From Candidatus Poribacteria bacterium (GTDB taxonomy: Bacteria; Poribacteria; WGA-4E; WGA-3G), in contig OZ219753.1 of NCBI GenBank assembly GCA_964291315.2, forward strand, positions 1,408,001 to 1,472,000: a DNA stretch of 64,000 bases, written 5' to 3'. The translations under genes and the position numbers were made by a program. Below, piece by piece: positions 50,021 through 60,111 of the stretch. The notes beneath the pieces are model-generated. The model searched no databases. It was not told the DNA's origin and saw nothing but the letters and a program-made list of their open reading frames with translations. Positions within the stretch are counted from its first letter, which is position 1. Every line of letters begins with the position of its first letter.

Positions 50021-51379
50021 CTATGCCCAACGTGGATTTCTTCCACCAAACCGTTGTTCGCTAATATTCCACAGCTCTGATAAACCGAGGTGTCGAATAT
50101 GTTCTAAACCCGGGAGACACGGGTCGTTGATGCGGTTTAACCATTGCTGGAGTTCAGCCTCTAGGTCTGCCCGGAGGGCCCGTGAATCTTCGGCATCAAT
50201 GAGGTTGTTCAGTTGGTACGGGTCGTTGTCGTTATCGTAAAGGAGCCACCCCGTTCCGTCGTAATGACGTGCATAGGTGTAGCGGTGCGTTCGGACACCG
50301 CGCCACTCACGAATCCCGAAGTTAAAACCTTCGCTGCCATGCAACGGAACTCCCAACAGAACAGAGTCTGGTTCGTCAATTGTCCTGCCGAGCATCGCGT
50401 TCGAAAGATCAATACCTTCCACACCCTCTGGAATCGGCAGATTGCACAGAGACAAAATTGACGGCATAAAGTCAACGAGACTGAGCAAAGTGTCCCGGGT
50501 AACCCCCGCTGGGATTTTACGAGGCCAACGAATCATAAAAGGAATACGAACGGATTCGTCCCAGGGCCGTTCTTTTCTCACATGCCCCTGGCTGCCGAGC
50601 ATATCCCCATGGTCAGATGTGTAGATGAGAATTGTATCCTCAGCAATGCCGAGTTTATCCAAGGCACTCATCAGATGTCCAAGGTTTTCATCGAGCGCGG
50701 TGATGTGTGCATAGTAGCCTGAAATATCTTCGCGTGTTGCCGAGGTGTCTACCGCATTTGGACGCAAGTGAATATCTTCCGGGGGATACATCGCTTTGTA
50801 GCGATCCGGAACATGGGTATAAGGATTGTGTGGCGGGCCCCAACTCATATAGAGACAGAAGGGTTCATCAACGTGGTCTCGGCAGTATTCAATCGCTTTG
50901 TCTGTCTGGAAATCTGGTTCGTAGCCATCAATTTGCAGCCGATCTCCTTCAGAATTGTGGTACGAGGCGTTGAAGTAGTCGTGATGACAGTTCCAGCCCA
51001 TCCAATCGTTAAACCCGAACCGCTTTTCAGGCGCAATAAATTTATCCCTCGGCATACCACCAAGATGCCATTTACCGATATAGCCGGTGGCATAGCCTGC
51101 GTCTCTGAAGATCTCAGCGATGCCGGTCTCTGTCAAAGGAAGCGGTAGATCATTAGAGACAGCTTTGTGGCTCAAGGGGTGTTTGCCTGTCATCAGACAC
51201 CCTCGCGCTGGAACACACAACGGAATATTGGTGAACGTGTTAGGGAAGAACATGCCCTGACGTGCAAGTCTATTCATAGCAGGGGTCTGCACTTGCGGGT
51301 TTCCTGCACATCCCATATCGCATTGACGATGCTGGTCTCCAAAAACAAAAATTAAATTGGGCTTACGAGTCTTTTTCAT
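50021..51379 (-). CDS. Cys-type sulfatase
   Basis: KPNL.F...DQHR, CVPARGCLMTG (CxPxR), GKWHLG, TSDHG, DPYQL.NL. Confidence 0.93.
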   Translation of the reverse strand: MKKTRKPNLIFVFGDQHRQCDMGCAGNPQVQTPAMNRLARQGMFFPNTFTNIPLCVPARGCLMTGKHPLSHKAVSNDLPLPLTETGIAEIFRDAGYATGYIGKWHLGGMPRDKFIAPEKRFGFNDWMGWNCHHDYFNASYHNSEGDRLQIDGYEPDFQTDKAIEYCRDHVDEPFCLYMSWGPPHNPYTHVPDRYKAMYPPEDIHLRPNAVDTSATREDISGYYAHITALDENLGHLMSALDKLGIAEDTILIYTSDHGDMLGSQGHVRKERPWDESVRIPFMIRWPRKIPAGVTRDTLLSLVDFMPSILSLCNLPIPEGVEGIDLSNAMLGRTIDEPDSVLLGVPLHGSEGFNFGIREWRGVRTHRYTYARHYDGTGWLLYDNDNDPYQLNNLIDAEDSRALRADLEAELQQWLNRINDPCLPGLEHIRHLGLSELWNISEQRFGGRNPRWA

Positions 51380-51484
51380 ATTTTTAACTATTAAATTTGG
51401 TTCCCGTTCCACTACGTTTTGCGACGTATTCGCCGCTAAGTGAGATGCTTCACGGTGATTTTCAGTTGCCGCATGAGAACTGTC

Positions 51485-52507
51485 TTAGCGAACCTGCCTC
51501 TGCTGTATCCATGCGTAGATGTGCCGAAGCGCACCTTCACTCCGAGCCCACAATTCCTTTTTCAAGGGCGAAATTACCTTAGTATAACTGGAGAATTCTG
51601 TCCGAACAGCGCGATACTGCTCTTTATGCGCAATTAATCCGGAGTTTTCCGGGGGCGATGCACCGAAGTCCACCCACTCGTCCTTCGCCTGACACGCTTG
51701 TGTGATAATATGGTGGAAGATAGCATTGTTAGGGCGATATTTCAAGAAAGCTGCTAGAGACGCCTCACACCATAGGGTTACAGTTTTATTGAAATGCAGA
51801 GAAAGTAGTCCTGCGATGATCGTTCCACGATACGTGGCGATAGCGAGTTTGGCGATTTTTTGCCGGAGGAGTGTCTGCATAAGCGAGTGCGGCTTTGGCG
51901 TACCGCCTAACCGGCGGAGGGTCATGAGGTACATTTCGTAAAACGTGGACAGTGCCTCTTCACTAGTGGTGTCTGTGACTTCTACCCCGGATTTCGCTGC
52001 TTTTCGAACTGCGCCTCGGACTCGCTTATTGTATGTGCGCCAGAGGGTATCAATGTCTTCACTAGTTTTCAAGAGATGCGTAAAGTGATTGGTGCAAGCG
52101 TAGCCCATTTCGGGGAAAAAATCACCGTAGGCTGCGGTATGTTCCGGGGACAGGGTCCAGTGCACCTCACACCATCCGTTCTCGACCGCTGCAGCTTCAA
52201 CCGTCCTTACCAGCTTCTCAGGATTTACTCCTTCTAAGTTCATAAGATGAATACCGCCGAATAGATTCCACGGCATCGATTGCCATAGCCGAATACTTGG
52301 TATCGGTTGAAATACGAACGCTGGTAGCCCCCCTATTACTGAATCTTTCTGCTTGATGAGCAGATAAGTGGGGGTAAGCTGTCTGAAGGCATCCGCTAAT
52401 GCATCTCGCCACGCTAAGCTTTGAAAAACGGTCGTATTTGGACACTGCCGGATAATAGCGTCCCACTTATCCTGATTCCGAGGTGTAAGAGGTTCTATTG
52501 TGTACAC
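51485..52507 (-). CDS. FemAB-like GNAT family protein
   Basis: FQS..W, KRVR..VRKA.K.GV, PNN, DFG.S, K motifs. Confidence 0.8.
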   Translation of the reverse strand: MYTIEPLTPRNQDKWDAIIRQCPNTTVFQSLAWRDALADAFRQLTPTYLLIKQKDSVIGGLPAFVFQPIPSIRLWQSMPWNLFGGIHLMNLEGVNPEKLVRTVEAAAVENGWCEVHWTLSPEHTAAYGDFFPEMGYACTNHFTHLLKTSEDIDTLWRTYNKRVRGAVRKAAKSGVEVTDTTSEEALSTFYEMYLMTLRRLGGTPKPHSLMQTLLRQKIAKLAIATYRGTIIAGLLSLHFNKTVTLWCEASLAAFLKYRPNNAIFHHIITQACQAKDEWVDFGASPPENSGLIAHKEQYRAVRTEFSSYTKVISPLKKELWARSEGALRHIYAWIQQRQVR

Positions 52508-52520
52508 AAGTAGAGCGAGC

Positions 52521-53459
52521 TTAGACAGCCAACGCTGCGAAAAGCGCTTTTATGTAACCGATGGAATAAGCTAAGCCAACATCCCCTTCTAATTTTGGGA
52601 TGTGATCGGCGTTGATACAACCTTCAAATTCGACCTTTTGTAGCTCTTGAATAATCTTGAAGACATTCATATCGCCGTCGTCAAGGAGTACTTCCTCGAA
52701 TGCCCCGGCTGTCGCAAGGCTCCCCCGCACGTTCCGCAAGTGGACCATGAAGATCCGTCCTTTACGTCCGTAGTTGTTAATTTCATCGAGGACAATAGTA
52801 CTACCGCCGGCTTCGGCACGGGTGCCACAACAGTAGAGATAACCGACATTTCTGCTTGGAAAAGCATCAATAACGCGGTGAAAACCGAGACCGCCCAACG
52901 GTGTGTCCGGATTCGGAACATCTGATGGATGGATAGCGAGTCTGATGTTACATTCATCGGCAATCGGAACGAGTGCCCCGTAGATTTCGCTGAACCGTTC
53001 CCACCACTCATCGAGTGCTTCTATTGACGGAGTAGACGGTGGGTTTTTGGTGGCTCCACGGCTCTCGCCGCGGGAGGTATAACCCCCTCTATGGACAGAG
53101 GAGTAGCGTGTCATTAGATAATCAAACGTATCTCCCCAGAACCGCTGGCGGGCGATAGGCACTCCTGCTTCAGCAAAGACCTTGAGAGCATCGCATGTAT
53201 TTTCTAGCTCTCTTTCGCCTCCGGGCAGGCCCCGCATAAACTTCTCGGTGATGTTTGGGAGTGTCACACGATTAATGTCCAGCCCCCAAGAACGGATCCG
53301 TTTTTTGATTTTCAGAACCTCGTCCAAGTCCGGGTAACCTTGTTCGTCAACCCCAGGAAAAGCGTTTCCACTTCCAAAGTCGATGCAGTCTGCCCCGAGC
53401 TGTGTAACCTGTTTGAGATAACTTTCTGAAAGTCCGCCATCCCAGACCGAAATTTTCAT
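52521..53459 (-). CDS. Mannonate dehydratase (UxuA)-like protein
   Basis: ATG 53459 after GGAGG; LAIHP.D.P, C.GT..E, VHLRNV.G, F.E...DDGD, DHIP. Confidence 0.8.
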   Translation of the reverse strand: MKISVWDGGLSESYLKQVTQLGADCIDFGSGNAFPGVDEQGYPDLDEVLKIKKRIRSWGLDINRVTLPNITEKFMRGLPGGERELENTCDALKVFAEAGVPIARQRFWGDTFDYLMTRYSSVHRGGYTSRGESRGATKNPPSTPSIEALDEWWERFSEIYGALVPIADECNIRLAIHPSDVPNPDTPLGGLGFHRVIDAFPSRNVGYLYCCGTRAEAGGSTIVLDEINNYGRKGRIFMVHLRNVRGSLATAGAFEEVLLDDGDMNVFKIIQELQKVEFEGCINADHIPKLEGDVGLAYSIGYIKALFAALAV

Positions 53460-53579
53460 TTTTCCTCCTATAGTGTCAATTAGCAGCCGGCAGGTAGTTC
53501 GGGCAGTCACAAGCTGTCCACGCCCCCTCTTCTCTGACCGACATTCCTTTACCAGTCGCTGAAAGTCGAGAGTCGGCAA

Positions 53580-54587
53580 CTATAAAGGTAAAGAGACCCG
53601 TTGTCCGTTCTCAACAGATTGGTATACCGCCAATGCAATTTCGGCAGCAGCACGGCCGTCTAACCCTGTGATCGATGGCGGTGTGTCGTTGCGGATTGCG
53701 GCCGCGAAGACGCGAATCTCCTCTTCAACGGGCGGCGGCGTTTTAATACCTGCTATTTTAATCCGTTCACTTTCACCGTCGAAGGGCTTGATCTGTAGAG
53801 TTGCATCTGCCCCCCAAATTTGCGGAAAATAGATAGAGCCGCCTTCACAGTCAATGCGGCCGCCATATCCACCAACAGCGGAAACATGACTGGAGTGAAG
53901 TAGACCGATCGCCCCGCTTTTGAACTGCAACGAGGCAAGCACGACATCCGGGTAGTCGCTTTCGTGCTGTATGTATCGCCCGCCCGTGCCGTGAACCGCA
54001 TCGACCTCTCCGCAAGTCCAACGCATAAAATCGATTTCATGAGCGTTGATTTCCATGAGACTCCCGCCAGATTTTGCGCGCTCAAGTCGCCACGGGGTAT
54101 GGCTATAGCCGCTGCGCCACGGGCCGCCGATGCGGTGTACCATCATGCAGACAGGGGCACCCAGGGTGCCGCTCTGCACAATTTCGTGGACTGTGGCATG
54201 TGTTGCATGGTAACGACATACCAAGCCGATAGTGAGTTTGACACCGTTCTCTTCCGAAGCGCTAATCATCGCATCGCAGGCCTCCAGAGTCGGTGCCATC
54301 GGTTTCTCAGAAAAAACGTGTTTGCCCGCGTTTGCAGCATCAACTGCCATCTGTGAGTGTAGAAACGGTGGAGACGCTATTAGCACCGCATGGATACGCT
54401 CATCAGCAAGCAGTTCATGGTAATTCAGCGTGTAGGATGTGCCGAGATCCGAAGCAAGTTTCTCCGCCAAAGTCTGTTCTACATCACTAACGGAGATAAC
54501 TTCTAATCCCTTAACGGCCTGCGCGCTCGTAGCAAGACTCCTGCCCATACCGCCGCATCCGATAACCCCAACTCCAATTGTTTCCAT
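53580..54587 (-). CDS. Gfo/Idh/MocA oxidoreductase
   Basis: GVIGCGGMG, GKHVFSEKP, SGG...E...HEID. Confidence 0.9.
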   Translation of the reverse strand: METIGVGVIGCGGMGRSLATSAQAVKGLEVISVSDVEQTLAEKLASDLGTSYTLNYHELLADERIHAVLIASPPFLHSQMAVDAANAGKHVFSEKPMAPTLEACDAMISASEENGVKLTIGLVCRYHATHATVHEIVQSGTLGAPVCMMVHRIGGPWRSGYSHTPWRLERAKSGGSLMEINAHEIDFMRWTCGEVDAVHGTGGRYIQHESDYPDVVLASLQFKSGAIGLLHSSHVSAVGGYGGRIDCEGGSIYFPQIWGADATLQIKPFDGESERIKIAGIKTPPPVEEEIRVFAAAIRNDTPPSITGLDGRAAAEIALAVYQSVENGQRVSLPL

Positions 54588-54798
54588 CAGTTTCTCTCCA
54601 TACACACTCGTACGGTTGGATAGTGTGAGTGAATAATGTGAGTTTGAAAAATGTCTCGGTTTTTCGAGCCCCCGCCGCAGTAGAAAGGATTTCCAAACCT
54701 CGACTATCTTATCGGTTGGATTTCCATAGCCTCGCGGAAGTCCAAACGTACATTCGGCGGGAATTCCGTACTAATATTGCTAATAGAGAACTCTGTGT

Positions 54799-55070
54799 CT
54801 ATCTGCGCCTTGCCTTCATGTGTCCCCAGGTGACGCTCAAATGACTTGCATTTGGACTCACATCAAGTCCGGTCGTTTTCATGTTATTCAGTACTTCTGC
54901 TGGCGTGAGAGCTCGGTCGTAGATGCGGAATTCGTCAATATACCCTTGGATTGTATCGCAATCGCAGTCATCATAATAGAGACTTGCGCTTGTTGTGTTA
55001 GACGGCATATCGTCCAGTGAAATGATTCGATTCCAACTGTCGTCTAAGGCGTTGATAAGGACATAGATAC
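54799..55070 (-). pseudogene. Remnant 3' end of a LamG-domain secreted protein gene
   Basis: ...GYIDEFRIYDRALTPAEV (LamG C-terminus) plus HLSVTWGHMK tail. The 5' part of the ORF only overlaps the upstream gene; no signal peptide or full domain. Confidence 0.6.
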
Positions 55071-55072
55071 GC

Positions 55073-56464
55073 TTACAGATCGCGCATGGCGCGTTCTCTC
55101 CGATCAGCTCTCCGGCGCTCACGCTCCTCGTCAGAGATTTGACCGTGTTGTTCAGAAACGACGGGCCGGTATTCTGCGACCTCATGTCTCCGTTTGAATA
55201 CTCGGAAGAAGTCAAAACGGGTTAAGGTCGGTGGAATGTTGCCTGGACACAGTGCATGTAGTCCGACATGCACCGAACTGCCCATACCGACGTTAGTTTG
55301 TCCGCAGCTTTTCCACTGAATTCCGTCCCCGCTGGCGAAAGCAGAAAATTGGTTACCTCTCCGTTCTATGCGTAAGAAGAGCTCTCGGGCATTCCTGAGT
55401 CCGCTGCTCCGCCCACGTAGGTGGAGAACGCGGTTGACATGTCGTTCAAAGCGGACATCACCTCTGAAAGCATGGGGACCGGAGGTTTTCTCCAAACGGA
55501 GAAATCGGTTTGGGTTCTTCCAAACCAGCAAACCGCCGTGTTCTCTGAGTTGCGGGGTGATGCGCATACGAGTTTCTATTGCAAAATCTCCAGGTACTTC
55601 CATCAAGAGGCGCGGTGCGCTCATATCGCCGCTGTTACCGTCGCCACCGTGCCAGAGGTCTTGCCCGGGCTCTGTCCGCATTTCAAGATAACCTTGGCGC
55701 TCCGTCCAGGAGCCGCCGCCCTTCGGATCGTCCCATCGCCATTCTGGACGCATCCGGTTACCAATGAATTCGTCTTCGAACACCATCTCCGTGAATTCAC
55801 CAGAGGATGCCCATCCTTCAATTTTAACAGCGGAGATAGAATCTCCGAAGTTCTGAGGTAGTAAATGTAGATTTGGCAATTCTTTTTTATACTCTGAGGG
55901 TTCCATACGGATTGCAAGGGGCGCACCTTCAAAGTCGGGATGTTCATAAAAGACGACTTCCGCGCCGTCTGATGGAAAATCAGGGCCTTTAAAAATACGG
56001 ATCGACGAAATTCGGTCCTCAAACCAGCTCCTGCCTTGTGCGTCTCGTAGATTGGCGATATCGCGTAGGATCGTAATTTTCCTACCGCGGAAGTTGACAT
56101 GCTCATAGCAGTCTACAATCAGCGGAATCGTCCCCCACTCGGGTCCTACAACTTCCAAGCTAGAGCCGAAGTTAATAGATGAAATTCGGTCGGCAAAATT
56201 GTAAGCGACATCGTGCAAATTCGGATAAAATCCGGGGCCGAGTGCCAATTTCTGACCCTGGAAGTTACTATGCTGATAAAAAATAACCTTATAGTTCGGA
56301 TTTGACGAGAAGCTTGGACCCTTATAGACACGCACAGAGGATATATTATCTTGAAACCCGATGTGGCCCGTGAACGGAACAGGTTCTATAACATATCCCA
56401 TTCTACCCCGGAAATTTGTATGTTGGAACACCTCGACAACCAGGCGCGGTATAACAACTGGCAT
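55073..56464 (-). CDS. Beta/gamma-crystallin (four Greek-key motifs) fused to a DUF1349/ConA-like domain
   Basis: FQHTNFRG, YQHSNFQG, YEHVNFRG, YEHPDFEG paired with DNISS, DRISS, DRISS, DSISA; then DLW....APRL...GDF..ET..GL.VW...LRIERRG..F..F.S.DG..W. Confidence 0.8.
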   Translation of the reverse strand: MPVVIPRLVVEVFQHTNFRGRMGYVIEPVPFTGHIGFQDNISSVRVYKGPSFSSNPNYKVIFYQHSNFQGQKLALGPGFYPNLHDVAYNFADRISSINFGSSLEVVGPEWGTIPLIVDCYEHVNFRGRKITILRDIANLRDAQGRSWFEDRISSIRIFKGPDFPSDGAEVVFYEHPDFEGAPLAIRMEPSEYKKELPNLHLLPQNFGDSISAVKIEGWASSGEFTEMVFEDEFIGNRMRPEWRWDDPKGGGSWTERQGYLEMRTEPGQDLWHGGDGNSGDMSAPRLLMEVPGDFAIETRMRITPQLREHGGLLVWKNPNRFLRLEKTSGPHAFRGDVRFERHVNRVLHLRGRSSGLRNARELFLRIERRGNQFSAFASGDGIQWKSCGQTNVGMGSSVHVGLHALCPGNIPPTLTRFDFFRVFKRRHEVAEYRPVVSEQHGQISDEERERRRADRRERAMRDL

Positions 56465-56661
56465 TTTTGACTCCTTTTTTGATGTCTGTTAGTTATCGGG
56501 AAAAAAGAGTTTTCATTTCAGGGTGTCTGATTTCTGATACTAACAATTTATACTTACTTTCTGTCTTGTTATGTTTTTTATTCCCTCGGAAGAATGAACA
56601 ATGCTTTTCACTAGGGATCTCTATCTGTCAGTTGTCGGATTTCAGAATTTAAGGAAGATTT

Positions 56662-56727
56662 AGTTATCGGTTAAAGAGGCATCTGGTTAGCAAGAATGCC
56701 TGTTAACCGACAACTGATAACTGATAG
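56662..56727. repeat. Intergenic palindrome with 7-bp unit repeats (ACCGACA/ACTGATA)
   Basis: agttatcggttaa...ttaaccgacaact followed by gataactgatagc; related motifs near 56488-56545 and 56625-56640. Confidence 0.5.
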
Positions 56728-57726
56728 CTATTCTTCGAATGCGGCATCAAATGCCACAGTCGACGGTTCAAAATCGTAGCCCTTGACAGCATTGCAAGAT
56801 TCCCGGGCTCCGTGTTCCCTGTCCATACCACTGTCTTCCCACTCAATGGAGAGCGGGCCCTCGTACGCCATGTTGTTTAGGGCCCGAATAATATCTTCAA
56901 AATTGATGTTTCCGCGGCCAATAGATCGGAAGTCCCAATTCCTTCTAGCATCACCAAAGTTCAGGTGTCCACCAAACACCCCGGACAACCTCGGTGTATT
57001 TGCCCACCAGACATCCTTCATGTGCACATGGTAAATCCGATGACTCAACCGTTCAAGGAAGGCGACATAGTCGACACCTTGGTATCCGAGATGGCTCGGG
57101 TCGTAGTTGAATCCGAACGTTTCTCTGCCGCTGACCGCCTCAACTGCACGTTCTGCAGTGACAATATCAAAAGCGATTTCAGTGGGATGCACTTCGAGCC
57201 CAAATTTGACACCGACTTCATCAAAAACATCGAAAATCGGGCTCCAACGGTTAGCAAAATCTTCAAACCCAGCATCAATTTGTGCAGGATCGTTCGGCGG
57301 GAAGGAGTACAACAGATGCCATATAGAACTCCCGGTGAAGCCGTTGACAACGTCTACACCGAGTTTCGCTGCTGCGCGCGCAGTGTTCTTCATTTCTTCG
57401 GCGGCACGTTCTTGAACGCCAATGGGATCACCATCCCCCCAAATTGCTTCTGACAAAATGCCCTGATGGCGGCTGTCAATATTATCACAGACGGCTTGTC
57501 CAACAAGGTGATTACTGATTGCCCAGACTTTCAGTCCGTATTTCTCGAGGAGATCGTGTCTGCCCTGACAGTAACTGTCGTCTGAGAGGGCTTTGTCGAC
57601 TTCGAAATGATCGCCCCAGCAAGCGAGCTCTAAGCCATCATAGCCCCATCCACCCGCTTTTTCTGCTAATTCTTCTAATGTTAGATCTGTCCATTGGCCT
57701 GTAAAGAGTGTTACAGGTCTTGCCAT
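56728..57726 (-). CDS. Sugar phosphate isomerase/epimerase (xylose isomerase-like TIM barrel)
   Basis: [43 protein letters not shown]. Confidence 0.92.
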   Translation of the reverse strand: MARPVTLFTGQWTDLTLEELAEKAGGWGYDGLELACWGDHFEVDKALSDDSYCQGRHDLLEKYGLKVWAISNHLVGQAVCDNIDSRHQGILSEAIWGDGDPIGVQERAAEEMKNTARAAAKLGVDVVNGFTGSSIWHLLYSFPPNDPAQIDAGFEDFANRWSPIFDVFDEVGVKFGLEVHPTEIAFDIVTAERAVEAVSGRETFGFNYDPSHLGYQGVDYVAFLERLSHRIYHVHMKDVWWANTPRLSGVFGGHLNFGDARRNWDFRSIGRGNINFEDIIRALNNMAYEGPLSIEWEDSGMDREHGARESCNAVKGYDFEPSTVAFDAAFEE

Positions 57727-57838
57727 AATTGGTCTCCTTAATAGTAGTCTGTCGTAAATGTTAAAAATAGAGAGAGGTTTCAGCGGATAACAGTTCCGCC
57801 CTTTGGCCCCCGGCCATTAGCAAATAGTAGCGATAAAA

Positions 57839-58828
57839 TTAACTGCGTGCCTGCAAACGCGCGATCTCCTCTTGGAGTCGGGCAATTTCTAATTCTGCTT
57901 TCTGGCGTGCAACGACTTGCTGTTCGGCGTGTGTTTCGGCCTGCTGCGCCCGTGCGGCTTGTTGTTCGGCGTGTGTTTCGGCTTGCTGCGCCCGTGCGGC
58001 TTGTTGTTCGGCGTGTGTTTCGGCTTGCTGCGCCCGTGCGGTTTGCTGTTCGGCGTGTGTTTCGGCCTGCTGCGCCCGTGCGGTTTGCTGTTCGGCGTGT
58101 GTTTCGGCCTGCTGCGCCCGTGTTTCGGCTTGCTCAGCACGCTCAGTTGCTGACTCGGCAGGAGTTTGCAGCCACTTACCTGCAACCGGGTCATAAATCC
58201 CTAAACCCACTTCATTACCAGTTGCGAAGTTATCGTCCCCTTCAAAATATTCACTTGCATCTGGGTCATAAATTCCCACGCCTATAGCATCGACATGGAA
58301 ATCTAAACCGAGGGCAGTAGAATGGACACTTCCGTCTGTCCCTGGCGAGATAGCCACATACCAGCCATCAATCAAAGTAAATCCCATGAGAGACGATGGT
58401 AAGTATAGCCCCTCCACATCGTACAAGAAATAGTCTTGGATTCCCAATAAAGCATAGAGTTCCATCTTGCGACTCAAGTCGTTACGATAGGTGCTTTTGC
58501 TGGAGAACTCCATCGCGAAATCAGGCGCTTTTCCCTCCTTCCAGACGAGATACGTCCGCCGGGGTTTCTTACCTAAGCCGAAAGCAACTAGGGCATCTGG
58601 CGAGATCGACTTACGTGGATCGCCCTCGACATAATACATGAGGATATCCCCAGAAACATAAACTTCCGGCATATCTTTAAAATGTGCATCAAGGGCTGCT
58701 AAGGTCCGCGTGAGGATACGTCTGTGAAGGTCGCTAACCGCCATAGGTTTTCCATCCGAGTCGGGATAAAGTTCCGCCTCCTCTGTAGGGGCATAAGGGA
58801 TTTGGAGTCGGTGTCGATAGTTTTCCAT
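57839..58828 (-). CDS. Uma2/DUF820 restriction-endonuclease-fold protein with a repeat coiled-coil tail
   Basis: YPDSDGKPMA...H, SPD..V.FG, PDF..EF.S.ST...D...K..LY..LG..YFLYD. Confidence 0.9.
   Translation of the reverse strand: MENYRHRLQIPYAPTEEAELYPDSDGKPMAVSDLHRRILTRTLAALDAHFKDMPEVYVSGDILMYYVEGDPRKSISPDALVAFGLGKKPRRTYLVWKEGKAPDFAMEFSSKSTYRNDLSRKMELYALLGIQDYFLYDVEGLYLPSSLMGFTLIDGWYVAISPGTDGSVHSTALGLDFHVDAIGVGIYDPDASEYFEGDDNFATGNEVGLGIYDPVAGKWLQTPAESATERAEQAETRAQQAETHAEQQTARAQQAETHAEQQTARAQQAETHAEQQAARAQQAETHAEQQAARAQQAETHAEQQVVARQKAELEIARLQEEIARLQARS
57918..58135 (-). repeat. About five copies of a 42-bp tandem repeat encoding RAQQAETHAEQQ(T/A)A
   Basis: Unit tg(c/t)tgttcggcgtgtgtttcggc(c/t)tgctgcgcccgtgcgg(c/t)t read directly. 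Confidence 0.92.
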
Positions 58829-58881
58829 GGAGATCCCTCCTTTTTTGTTTCATTCTATTTTCTGTGTAAACCGGTGTTCAA

Positions 58882-60054
58882 CTATTCAGGCGGTCTATAG
58901 CTGGCATCAATCCACCCACGTTGTTTACCGCTTTCAACAGCGGCATTGATGAAGTGGACACCGCGTGCCCCGTCTTGGACGGTCGGAAAATCTGTGTCAA
59001 ATTCGCCTGGTGCCTCGCCTGCAATTTTTGCTGACATTGTCCGCGCAGCGTTAACATAGATATTCGCGAACGCCTCAATAAACGCCTCAGGGTGTCCGAA
59101 GGGTATCCGTGTATTGTGCTGAACGACCTCTGCCAAATAGTCGTTACCGCGCTTGTAGACCTGTTCGGGGCGGTCCGGAAATCGGACGTAGAGATAGTTT
59201 GGGTTCTCCTGCTGCCATTCTAAGGAGGCATCGGTGCCGTAGACGCGGATACGGAGGTTGTTTTCCTCACCTACTGAGATTTGCGAGGCATAAAGCACGC
59301 CGCGCACCCCATTTTCATAATGTACCAATAGGTTGCCATCATCTTCTAACAGACGTCCCTCTACAAACGTGGTCATGTCGGCACATAGTTCTTCGATGTC
59401 GAGCCCAGTAATATAATGCGCCAAATTTTCTGCATGAGAACCAATATCTCCGATGCACGAAGAGGCACCGGCTTGCTTGGGATCAGTGCGCCAGACGGCT
59501 TGTTTCGCGCCTTCGTCTTCCAAAAATGTGGCGAGCCATCCCTGTGGATATTCTACAACGATCTTCCGAAGTGTTCCGAGTTTCCCTTCTTTCACAAGTT
59601 GGCGCGCCTGCTTCACCATGGGGTAGCCGGTATAATTGTGCGTGAGGGCGAAGACGACATCATGCTCTTCGACGAGACGGCAGAGGATCTCGGCATCGGC
59701 AACAGTGGTCGTCATAGGTTTATCACAAACGATGTGAAAACCCGCCTCAATAAAGGTTTTAGCGACATCGAAATGCACATGATTTGGGGTTACAATTGAG
59801 ACAAAGTCAATACGTTCGTCTTCGGAAAGTTGTCTCTCTTTTTCTGCCATTTCCTTATAGGAGCCATAAACCCTATTTGGATCTAAGAAGAGTTCAGCCC
59901 CTTGCTGGCGAGATTTTTCGGGAGAGGATGAGAATGCCCCGGCGACGAGGTCTATTTCCCCATCAAGCGCCGCGGCTTTTCGATGCACTGCACCGATGAA
60001 CGCATCAGGACCCCCACCCACCATGCCATAACGGATTTTTCTACCAAGTGGCAT
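58882..60054 (-). CDS. Gfo/Idh/MocA oxidoreductase
   Basis: GMVGGG..AFIG.VHR, CDKP, YPQGW, DIGSHA, GHPEAFIEAFAN.Y. Confidence 0.93.
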   Translation of the reverse strand: MPLGRKIRYGMVGGGPDAFIGAVHRKAAALDGEIDLVAGAFSSSPEKSRQQGAELFLDPNRVYGSYKEMAEKERQLSEDERIDFVSIVTPNHVHFDVAKTFIEAGFHIVCDKPMTTTVADAEILCRLVEEHDVVFALTHNYTGYPMVKQARQLVKEGKLGTLRKIVVEYPQGWLATFLEDEGAKQAVWRTDPKQAGASSCIGDIGSHAENLAHYITGLDIEELCADMTTFVEGRLLEDDGNLLVHYENGVRGVLYASQISVGEENNLRIRVYGTDASLEWQQENPNYLYVRFPDRPEQVYKRGNDYLAEVVQHNTRIPFGHPEAFIEAFANIYVNAARTMSAKIAGEAPGEFDTDFPTVQDGARGVHFINAAVESGKQRGWIDASYRPPE

Positions 60055-60111
60055 CTTGTGTAATTTCTCCTTTGTTGTTTGAACAGATATTTTGATTCTA
60101 TCTATATTATC

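Noticed and set aside
57918-58135. CRISPR array
   Set aside because: Contiguous 42-bp units with no unique spacers, in frame within a CDS; no cas genes.
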